NCBI GenBank assembly: GCA_002424305.1
Contig: DIQZ01000035.1
Location: 226,335-290,334, forward strand
Direction of reading: 5' to 3'
Length of the DNA stretch: 64,000 bases
From: Firmicutes bacterium UBA5449
GTDB taxonomy: Bacteria; Bacillota; SHA-98; UBA4971
The position numbers were made by a program, and so were the translations under genes. Below, piece after piece: positions 1 to 11,100 of this stretch (positions are counted from its first letter, which is position 1; each line of letters begins with the position of its first letter). The notes beneath the pieces were generated by a model. It made no database searches and was not told where the DNA came from. It saw only the letters and a list, made by a program, of their open reading frames with translations.

Positions 1-140
1 TCAACCGTCACCATCTCTTGCAACTCTTGGACCGGACCGGGACCGATAATAAGATAGTTTTGTGCGAGATAACCTTGAATACTACCGATTACTATAAGCA
101 CTCCTATTACTCTCAGCCATACTCTTCTCTTCTTCTTCAC
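1..140 (-). CDS. Partial CDS, N-terminus only; the gene runs off the window start. Hypothetical membrane/secreted protein beginning VKKKRRVWLRVIGVLIVIGS at a GTG start with RBS GGAGGAAATGAC.
   Basis: Manual reverse-complement translation of bases 1-140. A good RBS precedes the GTG, and a basic N-region plus hydrophobic stretch gives a signal/TM-like N-terminus. The product cannot be identified. Confidence 0.3.
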   Translation of the reverse strand, partial: MKKKRRVWLRVIGVLIVIGSIQGYLAQNYLIIGPGPVQELQEMVTV

Positions 141-317
141 GTCATTTCCTCCGGGTATTACCCTAAATATCAGTGCACTCTTTTATCTATTCTACTTTTC
201 CATTGGTTATGATATTCCCCACCGAGGTCAAGGTCTGTGAGCATATCCTAAGGTCAACTAAAATATACTTGATTAGACAATCGGACAGCAAGAGCGATAT
301 AGGGGGGTTCGAGGCCC

Positions 318-1601
318 ATGATTAACCGGCGGCCTCTCACTCAAAGGACCACATATCTTGCGGCAGCGTGCGCCTTCTTTATCACTGTTATTATAGTAAT
401 ATACCCAAGCATAGCCTTTCAGGCGTCCATGGAAGGATTACGCGTATGGTGGGAGATTGTGTTTCCGGCGTTGCTCCCATTTTTCGTGGCTGTTGAAGTC
501 CTTATGGCCCTCGGCGTAGTCCACTTCCTTGGTGTTCTTTTGGAACCTCTCATGAGGCCGGTCTTTGATATTCCGGGAGTAGGAGCCTTTGCTTTAGCCA
601 TGGGTATCACCGGTGGATATCCCATTGGAGCAAAGATCACTGCAAACCTCAGAAGAAGAAGCCTGTGCAACCAAATAGAAGCAGAGCGATTAGCATCTTT
701 CACCAATACTGCAGATCCGCTTTTCATGTCAGGTGCTGTAGCAGTAGGAATGTTTCATTCTCCGGGCCTTGCAGGAGCCATATGCGGTGCTCACTACATC
801 TCCGCTATCATACTGGGAGTCTTGCTGAGACTGCATGGCGGATCCCAGGGACGACCGGTTCTGGAGGGCAGTGTCACCAAGGGGAATATTTTCAAGAGAG
901 CTATCCATGAACTCTACAAGGCACGACACGCAGACGGCAGACCTTTAGGGCAAGTTTTCGGGGATTCTGTCCGTGATTCCATGAGTAGCATTCTACTGAT
1001 TGGCGGCTTCATCATAATGTTCTCAGTAATCATCAAAGTTTTGTCTGTCTCCGGAATACTGAGGCTAATTGAATGGCCACTCACTGTCATCTTGCGTCCG
1101 TTTGGAATACAGAACACTCTGATCTCACCGATTATCAGCGGCTTGTTCGAAATCACCCTGGGAACAGAATTAGCAAGCAAGGCAGCTGCACCTTTAATTG
1201 AAAGGCTCATGGTAGCAAACGCAATGATAGCGTGGTCCGGATTATCAGTATTTGGGCAGGTATCTGCCATGGTATCAGGCACAGACATAAGGATGACACC
1301 TTACCTCGTATCTCGACTAATCCATGCGGTGATCGCAGCTCTCATAACACTGGCTATCACTAGTCCCTATGGACAGGGGATAGCAAGACTGGTGACACCT
1401 GTGTTTGTCCTAAGATTGGGTGCAACCCAAGCCCCATTCTACCTTAAGCTTCTTGTGTCGTTCGCACAGCTTCTCAAAACAGTAGGCATCATGGTAGGAC
1501 TGTCTGTTATTATGTGGTTCTTCCAGCGAATACAACTGATCTTCATAAGAGTCAAAGGCGTTAGGCGGAGCTCTTCTCGAGTTCCTCGACTCCGCGTCTG
1601 A
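318..1601 (+). CDS. ylbJ: Sporulation integral membrane protein YlbJ (nucleoside-recognition / Gate-domain family)
   Basis: 427 aa polytopic membrane protein with motifs typical of YlbJ. It lies next to coaD and rsmD, as in the Bacillus ylbH-ylbI-ylbJ region. Confidence 0.75.
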   Translation: MINRRPLTQRTTYLAAACAFFITVIIVIYPSIAFQASMEGLRVWWEIVFPALLPFFVAVEVLMALGVVHFLGVLLEPLMRPVFDIPGVGAFALAMGITGGYPIGAKITANLRRRSLCNQIEAERLASFTNTADPLFMSGAVAVGMFHSPGLAGAICGAHYISAIILGVLLRLHGGSQGRPVLEGSVTKGNIFKRAIHELYKARHADGRPLGQVFGDSVRDSMSSILLIGGFIIMFSVIIKVLSVSGILRLIEWPLTVILRPFGIQNTLISPIISGLFEITLGTELASKAAAPLIERLMVANAMIAWSGLSVFGQVSAMVSGTDIRMTPYLVSRLIHAVIAALITLAITSPYGQGIARLVTPVFVLRLGATQAPFYLKLLVSFAQLLKTVGIMVGLSVIMWFFQRIQLIFIRVKGVRRSSSRVPRLRV

Positions 1602-2019
1602 CCACTTCCAAGGCTCTGTCAAGGTTTTCTTCCAGTTTCGAAAGGACATCAGCCGCATATTGAGAAGCGCCTTTCCGAATGTCTTCAGCCTCCAGCTTCG
1701 CTTCATCAACAATCCGCTTCGACTCTATCTCTGCAGCTTTGACAACCTCTTCCTTGGAAACCATGGATTTCAAATACTCGCCTGCAGACTCTCTGAGACT
1801 TTGGCCTTCACGGGTAGCTTCAGAGATAATCTTGTCTCTCTCTTTCAGCAATTCTTCTGCTTTTTTGACTTCATCCGGGAGAGAGATCCGCACCTGATCA
1901 AGTATCTCCAAAACGTCATAAGCATCTACCAACACCTTGTTGGTCAACGGCATTCTCTTACCTTCTTCAATCGTCCCCTCCAACCTGTCCAGGAGCTCAA
2001 CTAACCCTATCTTCCCCAC
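1561..2019 (-). CDS. Hypothetical K/E-rich coiled-coil protein, last gene of the rsmD-coaD operon
   Basis: 152 aa, strongly charged and helical (AKLEAEDIRK...). Its position is co-directional and tightly spaced after coaD. No family was recognised. Confidence 0.45.
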   Translation of the reverse strand: MGKIGLVELLDRLEGTIEEGKRMPLTNKVLVDAYDVLEILDQVRISLPDEVKKAEELLKERDKIISEATREGQSLRESAGEYLKSMVSKEEVVKAAEIESKRIVDEAKLEAEDIRKGASQYAADVLSKLEENLDRALEVVRRGVEELEKSSA

Positions 2020-2048
2020 CCTGGCTCTTCCTCCTCATTCCGAAAAAT

Positions 2049-2546
2049 CTATGTCTGTCGACTGTACTTCTTAACGAGCATCCCCACTACATGACAAGGA
2101 ACGAACCCCTTCACACACCCTCCAAGGCTCGCCACTTCTTTCACTGCACTTGAGCTCAAGTAGGCGTACTCATTACCGGTCATCATAAATACAGTCTCTA
2201 TGTCACCGATTTTCTTATTTATTGATGCCATCTGGAATTCATATTCGAAATCCGATAAGGCTCGCAATCCCCTTAAGATAGCAGTAGCTTGTTGCACATG
2301 GGCAAATTCCACAAGGAGGCCCTTAAAACATGAAACCTCCACGTTTGGAAGGTGCCCCAGAGATTTCTCCAACATCGAGATGCGTTCTTCAAGAGTGAAA
2401 AGCGGCTCCTTACCGGGATTTTTGGCCACTGCTACAATAAGCTTGTCAAATAGTTTAGCACCACGCTCCACAATATCTAAGTGACCGTTGGTCACCGGAT
2501 CAAAACTACCTGGGTATACTGCGACATTCATTATGACGGCCTCCAT
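2049..2546 (-). CDS. coaD: Phosphopantetheine adenylyltransferase
   Basis: N-terminus VAVYPGSFDPVTNGHLDIVERG (HxGH nucleotidyltransferase motif). Length of about 160 aa matches CoaD. Confidence 0.9.
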   Translation of the reverse strand: MEAVIMNVAVYPGSFDPVTNGHLDIVERGAKLFDKLIVAVAKNPGKEPLFTLEERISMLEKSLGHLPNVEVSCFKGLLVEFAHVQQATAILRGLRALSDFEYEFQMASINKKIGDIETVFMMTGNEYAYLSSSAVKEVASLGGCVKGFVPCHVVGMLVKKYSRQT

Positions 2547-2577
2547 GTATAGCTGTGGGAAAGGCCCGACGTAAGCC

Positions 2578-3198
2578 TCACCTTCCGAACATGTAGAAAG
2601 ATACTACGGTATCGCCGTACCTTTCCTGTCTGGTCAATTCCAAATCCCCGAAAACTCCTGACATTTCTTGCCTACGCTCGTGACGTGCAACAATGATACC
2701 GTCCTGATCCAGCAGCTTGTGAGTGGACAGGATATCCAAGGTCACAGGCACCAGCCCGTGTTCATATGGCGGATCCACAAAAACTATGTGAAACACTTCC
2801 TGCTGTCGATGTAAGAATGGCATGACCCTTCTCACATCGCCTTGGATGACTTCAGCCTGAGAGGCAAGAGCCGTGAGATTGAGATTCTTGTGGATTACCC
2901 GAATCATTCTGGGCGAGCATTCCACAAAAGTCGTCCATTCCGCTCCCTGACTCAATGCTTCAATCCCGATTGCCCCTGTCCCGGCAAACAAATCAAGGCA
3001 CCTGGAATTAGGTATGTAGGGAGTCAGAATATTAAACAGTGATTCCTTTACATTATCAGAAATAGGGCGAGTCCTTGCGCTGCCTGCTCCAACTAAGCGA
3101 CGGCCCTTAGCGACTCCCCCGATAACCCGCATGAAATAAACACCTCCGATGGAACTAATTACCATGAAGGTACCTGCATATAACGCCCGGCCACGCAC
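2578..3198 (-). CDS. rsmD: 16S rRNA (guanine966-N2)-methyltransferase RsmD
   Basis: SAM-binding DLFAGTGAIGIEALSQGA and DPPY motif. It sits immediately upstream of coaD. Confidence 0.85.
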   Translation of the reverse strand: MRGRALYAGTFMVISSIGGVYFMRVIGGVAKGRRLVGAGSARTRPISDNVKESLFNILTPYIPNSRCLDLFAGTGAIGIEALSQGAEWTTFVECSPRMIRVIHKNLNLTALASQAEVIQGDVRRVMPFLHRQQEVFHIVFVDPPYEHGLVPVTLDILSTHKLLDQDGIIVARHERRQEMSGVFGDLELTRQERYGDTVVSFYMFGR

Positions 3199-3402
3199 AA
3201 ACTACAATCGAAAGAAGAGCCGAGGATAAACGGCACCTGGGCGGTGCCGGGGTTCTAAAACCCTCCCCCATAAGCTCTTCCTCCGGTTTCTCCTCTCCCA
3301 CGGGATGACGGTCGTAAGACCGTCATCTTATATTTCTTCCTCACTACCGTTATGCTTAAAAGTCTTACAGCGCACGATCAGGCACAAACTCTAATCTTAA
3401 TC

Positions 3403-5175
3403 TCACTCCGCAGAAATAATGTAATAGTAAATAGGTTGCCCGCCATAGTGGACCTCAATCTCTAAGTACGGATAAATATCGGCAAGACGTTCCGTCAATT
3501 CGTTTGCGCTTTCAGAGTGCACATCCTCTCCGTGATATATGGTTATGAGAGAAGTATCAGAGTCTACCATCTGGCTTACAAGGTTCATCGCTACTTCGTT
3601 CCGGTCTTTCCCTGTTGCACACAGTTCACCGTCTCTTATTCCGATAAAATCTTTCTCATCAATGCTAAACCCATTTACATTAGAAGCGCGAACTGCATAG
3701 GTGACTTCACCTGTAATTACCTGTGGTATCATGTCCTTCATAGACTGTGAGTTAGATTGAGCGTCTACCGCAGGGTTATAGGTGACAAGAGCAGCAACCC
3801 CTTGGGGAATTGTCTTCGTCGGAACTACCACAATGTCTATATCAGGCACAAGCTCCCGTACCTTATCTGCAGTAAGAATCACATTGCTGTTGTTCGGCAG
3901 AATGATAACACTCTTTGCAGAGACCTTATAGACAGCGTCCCTCAGCTCCTCAATACTTGGGTTCATTGTCTGTCCGCCTTCGACAACAACATCAGCACCC
4001 AGGCTTTTTAGAATAGCCGTGAGACCTTCTCCGATAGTAACTGCTACAACTCCTACAGGTCTTTCCATCTTTCGTTCTTTAGGATTAGCCGCATCTTGCG
4101 AACTGACGCCTGCATCAAGATCCTCTTCTTTATGTGGATCGGACAGGCCGGGTTCGTTATGCTGCAACCTTGCCTCTTCGAATTCGTTATGTTGGTAAGC
4201 CATATTGTCTATCTTTATCTCATGCAGTTCACCTGTGCGAATACAGTGCTCCAGCACTTGACCGGGATGGTTTGTGTGGATGTGGACCTTTGCCACATCA
4301 CTCGTGCCCACAACCAGGACACAATCCCCAGATTTAGCCAAGTCGTGCCTAAGCGTATCGAGAGGCAAATTTTTACCTTTCACAAGGAATTCAGTGCAGT
4401 ACCTAAACTCAAGATCTTCTTTTGCTGTTTCCTTGATCTTCTTTACAGCCGGTGCAGCATCTGATTTTCCCGGAACTACAACCAGAGGCTCTCGCCTTGC
4501 GAACACTGTTTCCCCTCGAATTGACTTTGTAAGCCCCTCCCAGAAGAATACAAGACCTTGACCACCTGCGTCCACAACACCCGCCTCTTTAAGCATAGGA
4601 AGCAACTCAGGAGTCTCTTCCAATGTCTTCTGTGAATCCGCAAGCACCTTCTCTATCGCTGACACTATGTCCAGATCCATTCTCCTGCATTCCGCAGCAG
4701 AACGAGCAGCTCCGCGAGCTACAGTAAGCATAGTGCCTTCTACCGGTTTCATAACTGCTTTATACGCCATGGACGCCGCTGCTTGCAGCCCTCGAGTAAG
4801 TCCTGGCACGTCCAAGGTTGTTTTGCCTTCAACACCTTTTGCGAACCCTCGTAGGAGCTGCGAGAGTATGACACCTGAATTTCCCCTCGCTCCCATTAGC
4901 GAGCCCAGTGCCACCGCTTCAGCTACATCAGACAGCGATTTATACTGAGCTTTATTAATTTCCCGCACAGCAGCGAGGAGTGTCAGATGCATATTTGTGC
5001 CTGTATCTCCGTCAGGAACCGGAAATACATTCAGCGCATTAACAAGTTCCTTATTTGCGCCAAGCCACTCCGTCCCAGCAGCGATCGCACGTGCGAAGTC
5101 TTCCGCATCAAGTAAACTCCGCCCCAACGGGTTACCCCCCTGTCGCCGGTCACTCACGCTCATCCTCTTGGACAT
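3403..5175 (-). CDS. yloV: DAK2-domain fusion protein YloV
   Basis: N-terminal DhaL/DAK2 motif (PVPDGDTGTNM) plus a C-terminal DegV-like region. It is paired with an upstream Asp23 gene as in Bacillus yloU-yloV. Confidence 0.85.
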   Translation of the reverse strand: MSKRMSVSDRRQGGNPLGRSLLDAEDFARAIAAGTEWLGANKELVNALNVFPVPDGDTGTNMHLTLLAAVREINKAQYKSLSDVAEAVALGSLMGARGNSGVILSQLLRGFAKGVEGKTTLDVPGLTRGLQAAASMAYKAVMKPVEGTMLTVARGAARSAAECRRMDLDIVSAIEKVLADSQKTLEETPELLPMLKEAGVVDAGGQGLVFFWEGLTKSIRGETVFARREPLVVVPGKSDAAPAVKKIKETAKEDLEFRYCTEFLVKGKNLPLDTLRHDLAKSGDCVLVVGTSDVAKVHIHTNHPGQVLEHCIRTGELHEIKIDNMAYQHNEFEEARLQHNEPGLSDPHKEEDLDAGVSSQDAANPKERKMERPVGVVAVTIGEGLTAILKSLGADVVVEGGQTMNPSIEELRDAVYKVSAKSVIILPNNSNVILTADKVRELVPDIDIVVVPTKTIPQGVAALVTYNPAVDAQSNSQSMKDMIPQVITGEVTYAVRASNVNGFSIDEKDFIGIRDGELCATGKDRNEVAMNLVSQMVDSDTSLITIYHGEDVHSESANELTERLADIYPYLEIEVHYGGQPIYYYIISAE

Positions 5176-5527
5176 GCGTCACCCTCACACCTTGTACCGT
5201 AATATTTACTCTTGAAACCTTAAGGCCTGTCATGCTCTCTACAACATACCTGACCTTATTCATGACATTGTGAGCCACTTCAGTAATCTTCGTTCCGTAC
5301 TCAACTATGATATAGAGGCCGACAACGACCTCATCCCCGGAAAGCCTTACTTCCACGCCTCGACTCATGTTATCCATACCGAGAAGTTCGGCTATTCCGT
5401 CTTGAATGTTTCTTGACGCCATCCCCACAAGGCCATAACACTCAGTTGCAGCCATACCGCTGATGAGGGCTATCACCTCGTCAGAGATGGTAATCTGGCC
5501 CAGCTCGGTGCTGACATCTCTTCCCAT
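5150..5527 (-). CDS. yloU: Asp23/Gls24 family alkaline-shock protein (YloU-like)
   Basis: 125 aa with the conserved Asp23 family pattern. It is adjacent to yloV. Confidence 0.8.
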   Translation of the reverse strand: MGRDVSTELGQITISDEVIALISGMAATECYGLVGMASRNIQDGIAELLGMDNMSRGVEVRLSGDEVVVGLYIIVEYGTKITEVAHNVMNKVRYVVESMTGLKVSRVNITVQGVRVTHVQEDERE

Positions 5528-5739
5528 TTACCTCGCTACCCCCTGCCTCGGCCATTCGGCAGCAAAGACGACTGTCCTTCTATTTCTCCGCTACTTGAGA
5601 AATTCCTTTTACGTAATTCTATTCATATCCCTTATACCTTCAGAAATACGTCCCGTTGAAATAGAACCTTCTTGCTCTGCCCGCGCTGCTATGATACAAT
5701 ACGCGGGAGGTCTTTTCAAGATGGGAGGTGCTAATAGAT

Positions 5740-5931
5740 ATGGCATGTCGATGTGATGTATGTGGAAAAGAACCAAAAGTAGGCAAGCAAATAAGCCACT
5801 CTCACAAGTCCTCTTCTCGGAGATGGCTTCCAAATATCCGCCGCGTAAGAGCATATGTAAACGGTCAGACAAAGCGAATCAAAGTATGCACAAGGTGTCT
5901 CCGTTCAGGAAAAGTTGAACGTGCTCGATAA
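5740..5931 (+). CDS. rpmB: 50S ribosomal protein L28
   Basis: MACRCDVCGKEPKVGKQISHSHKSSSRRW... matches L28. The ATG at 5740 is preceded by the RBS GGGAGGTG. The ORF track start at 5728 is an upstream GTG. Confidence 0.9.
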   Translation: MACRCDVCGKEPKVGKQISHSHKSSSRRWLPNIRRVRAYVNGQTKRIKVCTRCLRSGKVERAR

Positions 5932-6068
5932 ACACAAGTGTTGCATAATAGAATCAGTTTTTCTCTTTATTCGATGGGCCCTTGGATTTTTCTGTAAAGG
6001 CTCGTCGAATTTTCTTATCAGGCTTGTAATGATCATAAAGGTCTTGTGATTAGGTATTGTTCGGTAAC

Positions 6069-7046
6069 TTACCACACAAATTTTACATTGTCTACCATAG
6101 AAAGCCATGCCCAACCACAGAATTCGAATCTTATTGATTTGATATACGTAGGCCTTGGAACCAATGCACTCAGATTGTACGACTTCTGAGTCCACTTCCC
6201 TGCCTCAACAAATTCAGCAAAACCGGCAATTCCACCTTCAACCGGCAAATAGTAGTAGTATGCTTTTACAAAAGAATGCTCTGTTCCGTCCTTGTCAAGA
6301 TAGGTGACTACAACCTTCAGAGGATATGTGTCACCCGGAGCATACTGCTTAAGCGTGTAATCACCGATTAAGGCATCAAATGATAAGAATATCAAGCCTG
6401 ACAACGGGACCTCTGCGTCAATAGCCTGCTCCAGACTGCATGAACCCATCTCAAAAGTAGGCGGGCGGGACACTCTAAGAACATGCTCCCTATCTTTGTC
6501 TGCAACTACGCTCCACTGAGCAGATCGAGATCCCCTGTCTTCTGTGTGGACCCATGTCCAACCACTGATATCTCCTGTAGCAAACCCACCGTTCCTTGGC
6601 ATTTCCACAGGAGACGGAGGACTTTGGCTGGTAGTGAAAGACCATTCAAAACCCTGCTGAAGCTCGGTATTCTTAAGATTCTTTGCACCCTTTTGAACTG
6701 TCACTCTATACGTAGTGGAATACCTTAGCGGACGAGCAGGAGTAATCACCAAGACTGAACTATCATGGAGAAACTGCCAGCTCGCAGGATAAGCCAACTC
6801 CGGAGTGGGAGATATGGCAACAGCTTGGATTGCCGAAAGCTCGTCCATAGGCTCACTGAAAACAATATGTATTGAAGTGTCGATAGCGACATATTCCATT
6901 CCATGAGACGGATAGACCTGTACAACCCTGGGGATTCCAGCCTGGGATCCGGGGTTTTCAGCTACAGCCTTCACGGAACATGCCATTCCAAGAACCAATG
7001 CAAGTAGTACACAGACCAGTACCCCACGGCAGATCTTTCGGTACAT
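6069..7046 (-). CDS. Secreted protein with Ig-like (SbsA/Big_5-like) domain
   Basis: Signal peptide MYRKICRGVLVCVLLALVLGMACSVKAVA followed by Ig-like beta-rich sequence. Confidence 0.55.
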   Translation of the reverse strand: MYRKICRGVLVCVLLALVLGMACSVKAVAENPGSQAGIPRVVQVYPSHGMEYVAIDTSIHIVFSEPMDELSAIQAVAISPTPELAYPASWQFLHDSSVLVITPARPLRYSTTYRVTVQKGAKNLKNTELQQGFEWSFTTSQSPPSPVEMPRNGGFATGDISGWTWVHTEDRGSRSAQWSVVADKDREHVLRVSRPPTFEMGSCSLEQAIDAEVPLSGLIFLSFDALIGDYTLKQYAPGDTYPLKVVVTYLDKDGTEHSFVKAYYYYLPVEGGIAGFAEFVEAGKWTQKSYNLSALVPRPTYIKSIRFEFCGWAWLSMVDNVKFVW

Positions 7047-7163
7047 TAGGTTGCCTCCTTTTGCGTTACCCGCTTTCCACCAAAGATAATTAGGGGTTTA
7101 TACATTCTCTCCTCTATCTAACTAAGTTTCGCCGTGGACTCATAATCTCCTGCTATAGACACA

Positions 7164-7724
7164 TCACCATCTACAGGACACAAGTTCTGATCCATCGTCT
7201 ATATGGACAATCTTGATGACTTCGTCCTCTATGATTGCAACTGTTCCTCTTCTTTCAACCGTCTTAGGCAGGGACGGGCTGCCGGGATTGACTATCACAC
7301 CGCCGCCGTCCCCAAAAGGCTTAGATATCCGGGGAATATGGGTATGGCCGGCCACGATAAGGTCTAACCTATATCGCCTCATCAATTCTGCCAGTTGCTC
7401 ATCGGACGTCATATGCCCATGAGAGACCATTATGAACTTGTCTCCGGCGATGACAATTGCATAAGGCGCTTGAATAGGTACATCTATGACTACCTGATCA
7501 ATCTCTGCGTCACAGTTGCCCCTTGCAATGACAATCCTCCCGGGATACTGATTAATGGCGTCAGCCAGGTGTTTAGCATCATGTCCATATGGCAGAGGGT
7601 TTCGCGGACCATGATACAACACGTCTCCCGCATGGATAAGCAAATCTACATTACCGAGCGTATGAAGAGATTGCTTCCATGCAGACAATGAACCATGAGT
7701 ATCGCTCATGACACCTAATCTCAT
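7164..7724 (-). CDS. Metallophosphoesterase, YfcE/MJ0936 family
   Basis: MRLGVMSDTHGS...HAGD...GNCD...GHTH calcineurin-like metal-binding motifs. Confidence 0.8.
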   Translation of the reverse strand: MRLGVMSDTHGSLSAWKQSLHTLGNVDLLIHAGDVLYHGPRNPLPYGHDAKHLADAINQYPGRIVIARGNCDAEIDQVVIDVPIQAPYAIVIAGDKFIMVSHGHMTSDEQLAELMRRYRLDLIVAGHTHIPRISKPFGDGGGVIVNPGSPSLPKTVERRGTVAIIEDEVIKIVHIDDGSELVSCRW

Positions 7725-7751
7725 AGACTCTCCCCTTCCACCATCTTAGAT

Positions 7752-8186
7752 CTAATCCGAAAGTTGCTTTCTGGCCAGTGTTACGAGGTTACTGTCATAC
7801 TTCAACATAGATACGGCGACCTTCCAAGGAACAAACCCGGCAGATGAGATCCCCTCTTCTCTCTGTGGCTCGGCATGTGGAGGAGCTCCGTCATCACTTT
7901 GCATCGCTGTTCCCGCATACCAATGAACAGTCTTGTCCACAAGCTCGCCGGTTACGTCTGAGAGATATGTGTACTCAGTCGTGCCCAATGAACATGTGAT
8001 GCCCGCTTCTACACTTGTCTCCTCCAGCACCTCTCTTAGAGCAGCCTGGTGGGGTGTCTCAAAAGGCTCTATTTTGCCTTTAGGCAGAACCCATTCACCA
8101 TACCGGTTCAAGATGATAAGAACGCTGTCATCGGCAAATACGACAATACCTGCACTCACCTCACTCGCTCGAGTCTCCTTACCCAA
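7752..8186 (-). CDS. NUDIX hydrolase
   Basis: Nudix box GKIEPFETPHQAALREVLEETSVEA. The start is probably TTG at 8186 or the downstream GTG (V33). The longer ORF-track start would overlap the ileS stop. Confidence 0.7.
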   Translation of the reverse strand: MGKETRASEVSAGIVVFADDSVLIILNRYGEWVLPKGKIEPFETPHQAALREVLEETSVEAGITCSLGTTEYTYLSDVTGELVDKTVHWYAGTAMQSDDGAPPHAEPQREEGISSAGFVPWKVAVSMLKYDSNLVTLARKQLSD

Positions 8187-8188
8187 GT

Positions 8189-11100
8189 CTATCCATTCCT
8201 TTGCTCCTCTTTGCGGCCCATGCTGATAACGGTAACATGGCCGTTTATATCCCACTTGCCGGCATGTTCACCTGAAGGCTTGGAAAGCTCGGTCTCCCCA
8301 CCGTATATCAGCTCCTCTGAAAGGGTTTCATCCATGATATAGCCCTTGTGAAATTCACAGGCCTCCTTAACTACGCTGTCAGACCAAAAAACTGTACCTA
8401 TCCTATCCTCGACATTGAAGTCGGCTTCTTTACGCATTGTTTGGATCTTGTTTACCATTTCTCTTGCCAAGCCTTCCATAATCAAATCATGGGAAAGAGC
8501 GGTATTGAGGGCGCACACAACATCTCCTTCACTCTCAATAGCAAAGCCCTCTTGTTCCACGGTTTCGATAGCCAGCTCCTCAGCAAGGACAGTAACGGTA
8601 TCGTCTCCGCAAGGCACCTTGATACTTCCCTCATCTTCAAGCATAGCTACGACTTGTTCAGGATTAAGACTTTCTATCCCTGCTACCACATCTTTCATTA
8701 GGCGACCGTATTTTGGTCCTAAAAGATCAAATCTGGGTTTCACTCTGTGAGCCACAAACTCACCGACATCCTCTGCAATTCGAATAGCCTTCACATTCAG
8801 CTCCTCTTTGATAATATGCTCCAGCGCAGCCACTGCCTTTTTATCAGCAGGATCCGTGAGGACGACCAGCATCTCACTGAGAGGCTGCCTTATCTTGATG
8901 CTCACCTTATTTCTGGCAGCTCTTCCCAGGGTCACCAGCTTCCTTGCTACAGCCATATTCCGTTCCAGTTCAATATTGATTAACTCTTCGTTGCAAACCG
9001 GATATGAGCAAAGATGAACACTTTCAGGGAGGTCGTCACGTCTTTCAGCTTCGAGATTCCTGTATATCTCCTCTGCCATAAAAGGCGTAAAAGGTGCCAG
9101 CAACTTTGCAAGCCCTACAAGTATCTCATGCAACGTAAGATACGCAGCAATCTTGTCCTGTGTCATCTCAGCGCCCCAGTAACGGCGTCTGGATCTTCTC
9201 ACGTACCAGTTGCTCAAGTCATCTACGAACTCTTCAATAGCTCTGGCTGCAGGTGTAATGCTGTAGGCCTCAAGCTCAGTTTGCACAGCTCTCACAACGC
9301 TATTGAAGCGGGAAATAATCCATTTGTCCAAAATCCCTCTTTCTTCAGGCTGTAGTTCATAGTCATCCGGGTCAAACTCGTCCACGTTCGCATAGAGAAC
9401 ATAGAAAGAATATACATTCCATAGAGTAGACAAAAATCTGCGTTGTGATTCATTTACTGCCTCAAGGTAGAAACGCGTGGGATTCCACGGAGGATTCACA
9501 GTGTACAGGTACCAACGAAATGCGTCAGCCCCATATGTGTTGAACACCTCCCACGTATCCACCACATTCCCCTTGCTCTTACTCATCTTCAAACCTTCGG
9601 CATCAAGTATATGCCCTAACACAAGAACGTTCTTGTACGGGGGCTCATCAAAAAGAAGGGTTGAAATAACGAGCTGCGTATAGAACCATCCGCGGGTTTG
9701 ATCTATTGCTTCACTGATAAAATCCGCCGGGAAATTAGTCTTAAACTTGTCTTCGTTTTCAAATGGATAATGCCACTGGGCAAAAGGCATGGATCCTGAA
9801 TCAAACCAAGCATCTATGACCTCCTTGATCCTATACATAGAACCACCGCACTCAGGGCATCTGAGAACAGCCTGGTCTATATAAGGTCGGTGAAGCTCAA
9901 GTCTTTGAGGAAGCTCCTGAGCCATTTCCTTAAGCTCATCGACACTGCCCACACAATGATTTTTGCCGCATTTCTCACATATCCATATGGGAAGTGGTGT
10001 ACCCCAATAACGCTCTCTGCTGACTGCCCAGTCAATCACGTTTTCCAGGAAGTTTCCCATTCGTCCGTCTTTGATATACTGCGGGTACCACGAAACCGCC
10101 TGGTTATTTCGTAAGAGAGCCTCCTTAACGGCAGTAGTCTTCACAAACCATGAAGTCCGTGCGTAATAGAGGAGCGGAGTATCACATCTCCAACAGAAAG
10201 GATATGTGTGCGCGTGCTGTTCACTCCTGTAGAGTCGCCCACGAGAGTTAAGCTCTTCTATAATTAAAGGATCCGCTTCCTTAACAAACATGCCTTTCCA
10301 TGGTGTTACTTCTACAACAAATTTCCCTTCTTCATCTACCAGCTGCACCACGGGCAGGCCATGTTGGGAAGATGCGCTCATGTCATCTTCACCGAACGCA
10401 GGAGCCAGGTGAACTATGCCTGTGCCGTCGTCAAGAGTGACAAAGTCTGCGCTTACCACATACCAGGCTTTCTTCTCAGGCTCTTCGAACTCAAACAGAG
10501 GTTCATACTCCAATCCGGTCAAGGACTTGCCTGTAAACTCATCTATGACTTCATAGGCTTCATCTTCAAGAAGTGCAGAATGCAGCAGTTCTTTTGCGAG
10601 AATTAGCTTATGACCTGTCTCTGTCAGTCTGATTTTCGCGTAAGTAGCATCCTCTGCCACTGCCAGAGCTACGTTAGACGGAAGAGTCCACGGGGTTGTA
10701 GTCCATACAAGGAACGCTGTGTCTTCCTCATCCTTTAGCTCGAATTTCACGTACACGGACGGATCTTCAACCTCGTGATAGCCTTGAGCAACCTCATGGC
10801 TGGATAAGGCGGTCCCACACCTTGGACAGTACGGCACTACCTTATGTCCCTTATACAGCAGGCCTTTATCCCAAATCTTTCGGAGAGCCCACCACACAGA
10901 CTCAATGTAATAATTCTCATAAGTCACGTAGGCTTTGTCCAAGTCGACCCAAAATCCTACGCGTTCTGTCATACGCTCCCATTCTCTTTTGTACCTGAAC
11001 ACGCTTTGTTTACACTTCTCGATAAAGTTTTCGACACCGTACTCCTCTATCTGAGGCTTCCCACTTATGCCTAATTGCTTTTCTATCTCAAGTTCAACAG

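Noticed and set aside
18-212. ORF 18..212 (+) 64 aa
   Set aside because: It is reverse to a more plausible minus-strand gene start (GTG at 140 with a strong RBS). No RBS is present and the composition is poor.
8348-11074. Numerous 60-120 aa plus-strand ORFs inside ileS (e.g. 8348..8701, 9014..9355, 10844..11074)
   Set aside because: They are antisense to a well-supported 1060 aa aminoacyl-tRNA synthetase gene, and their peptides are low-complexity.
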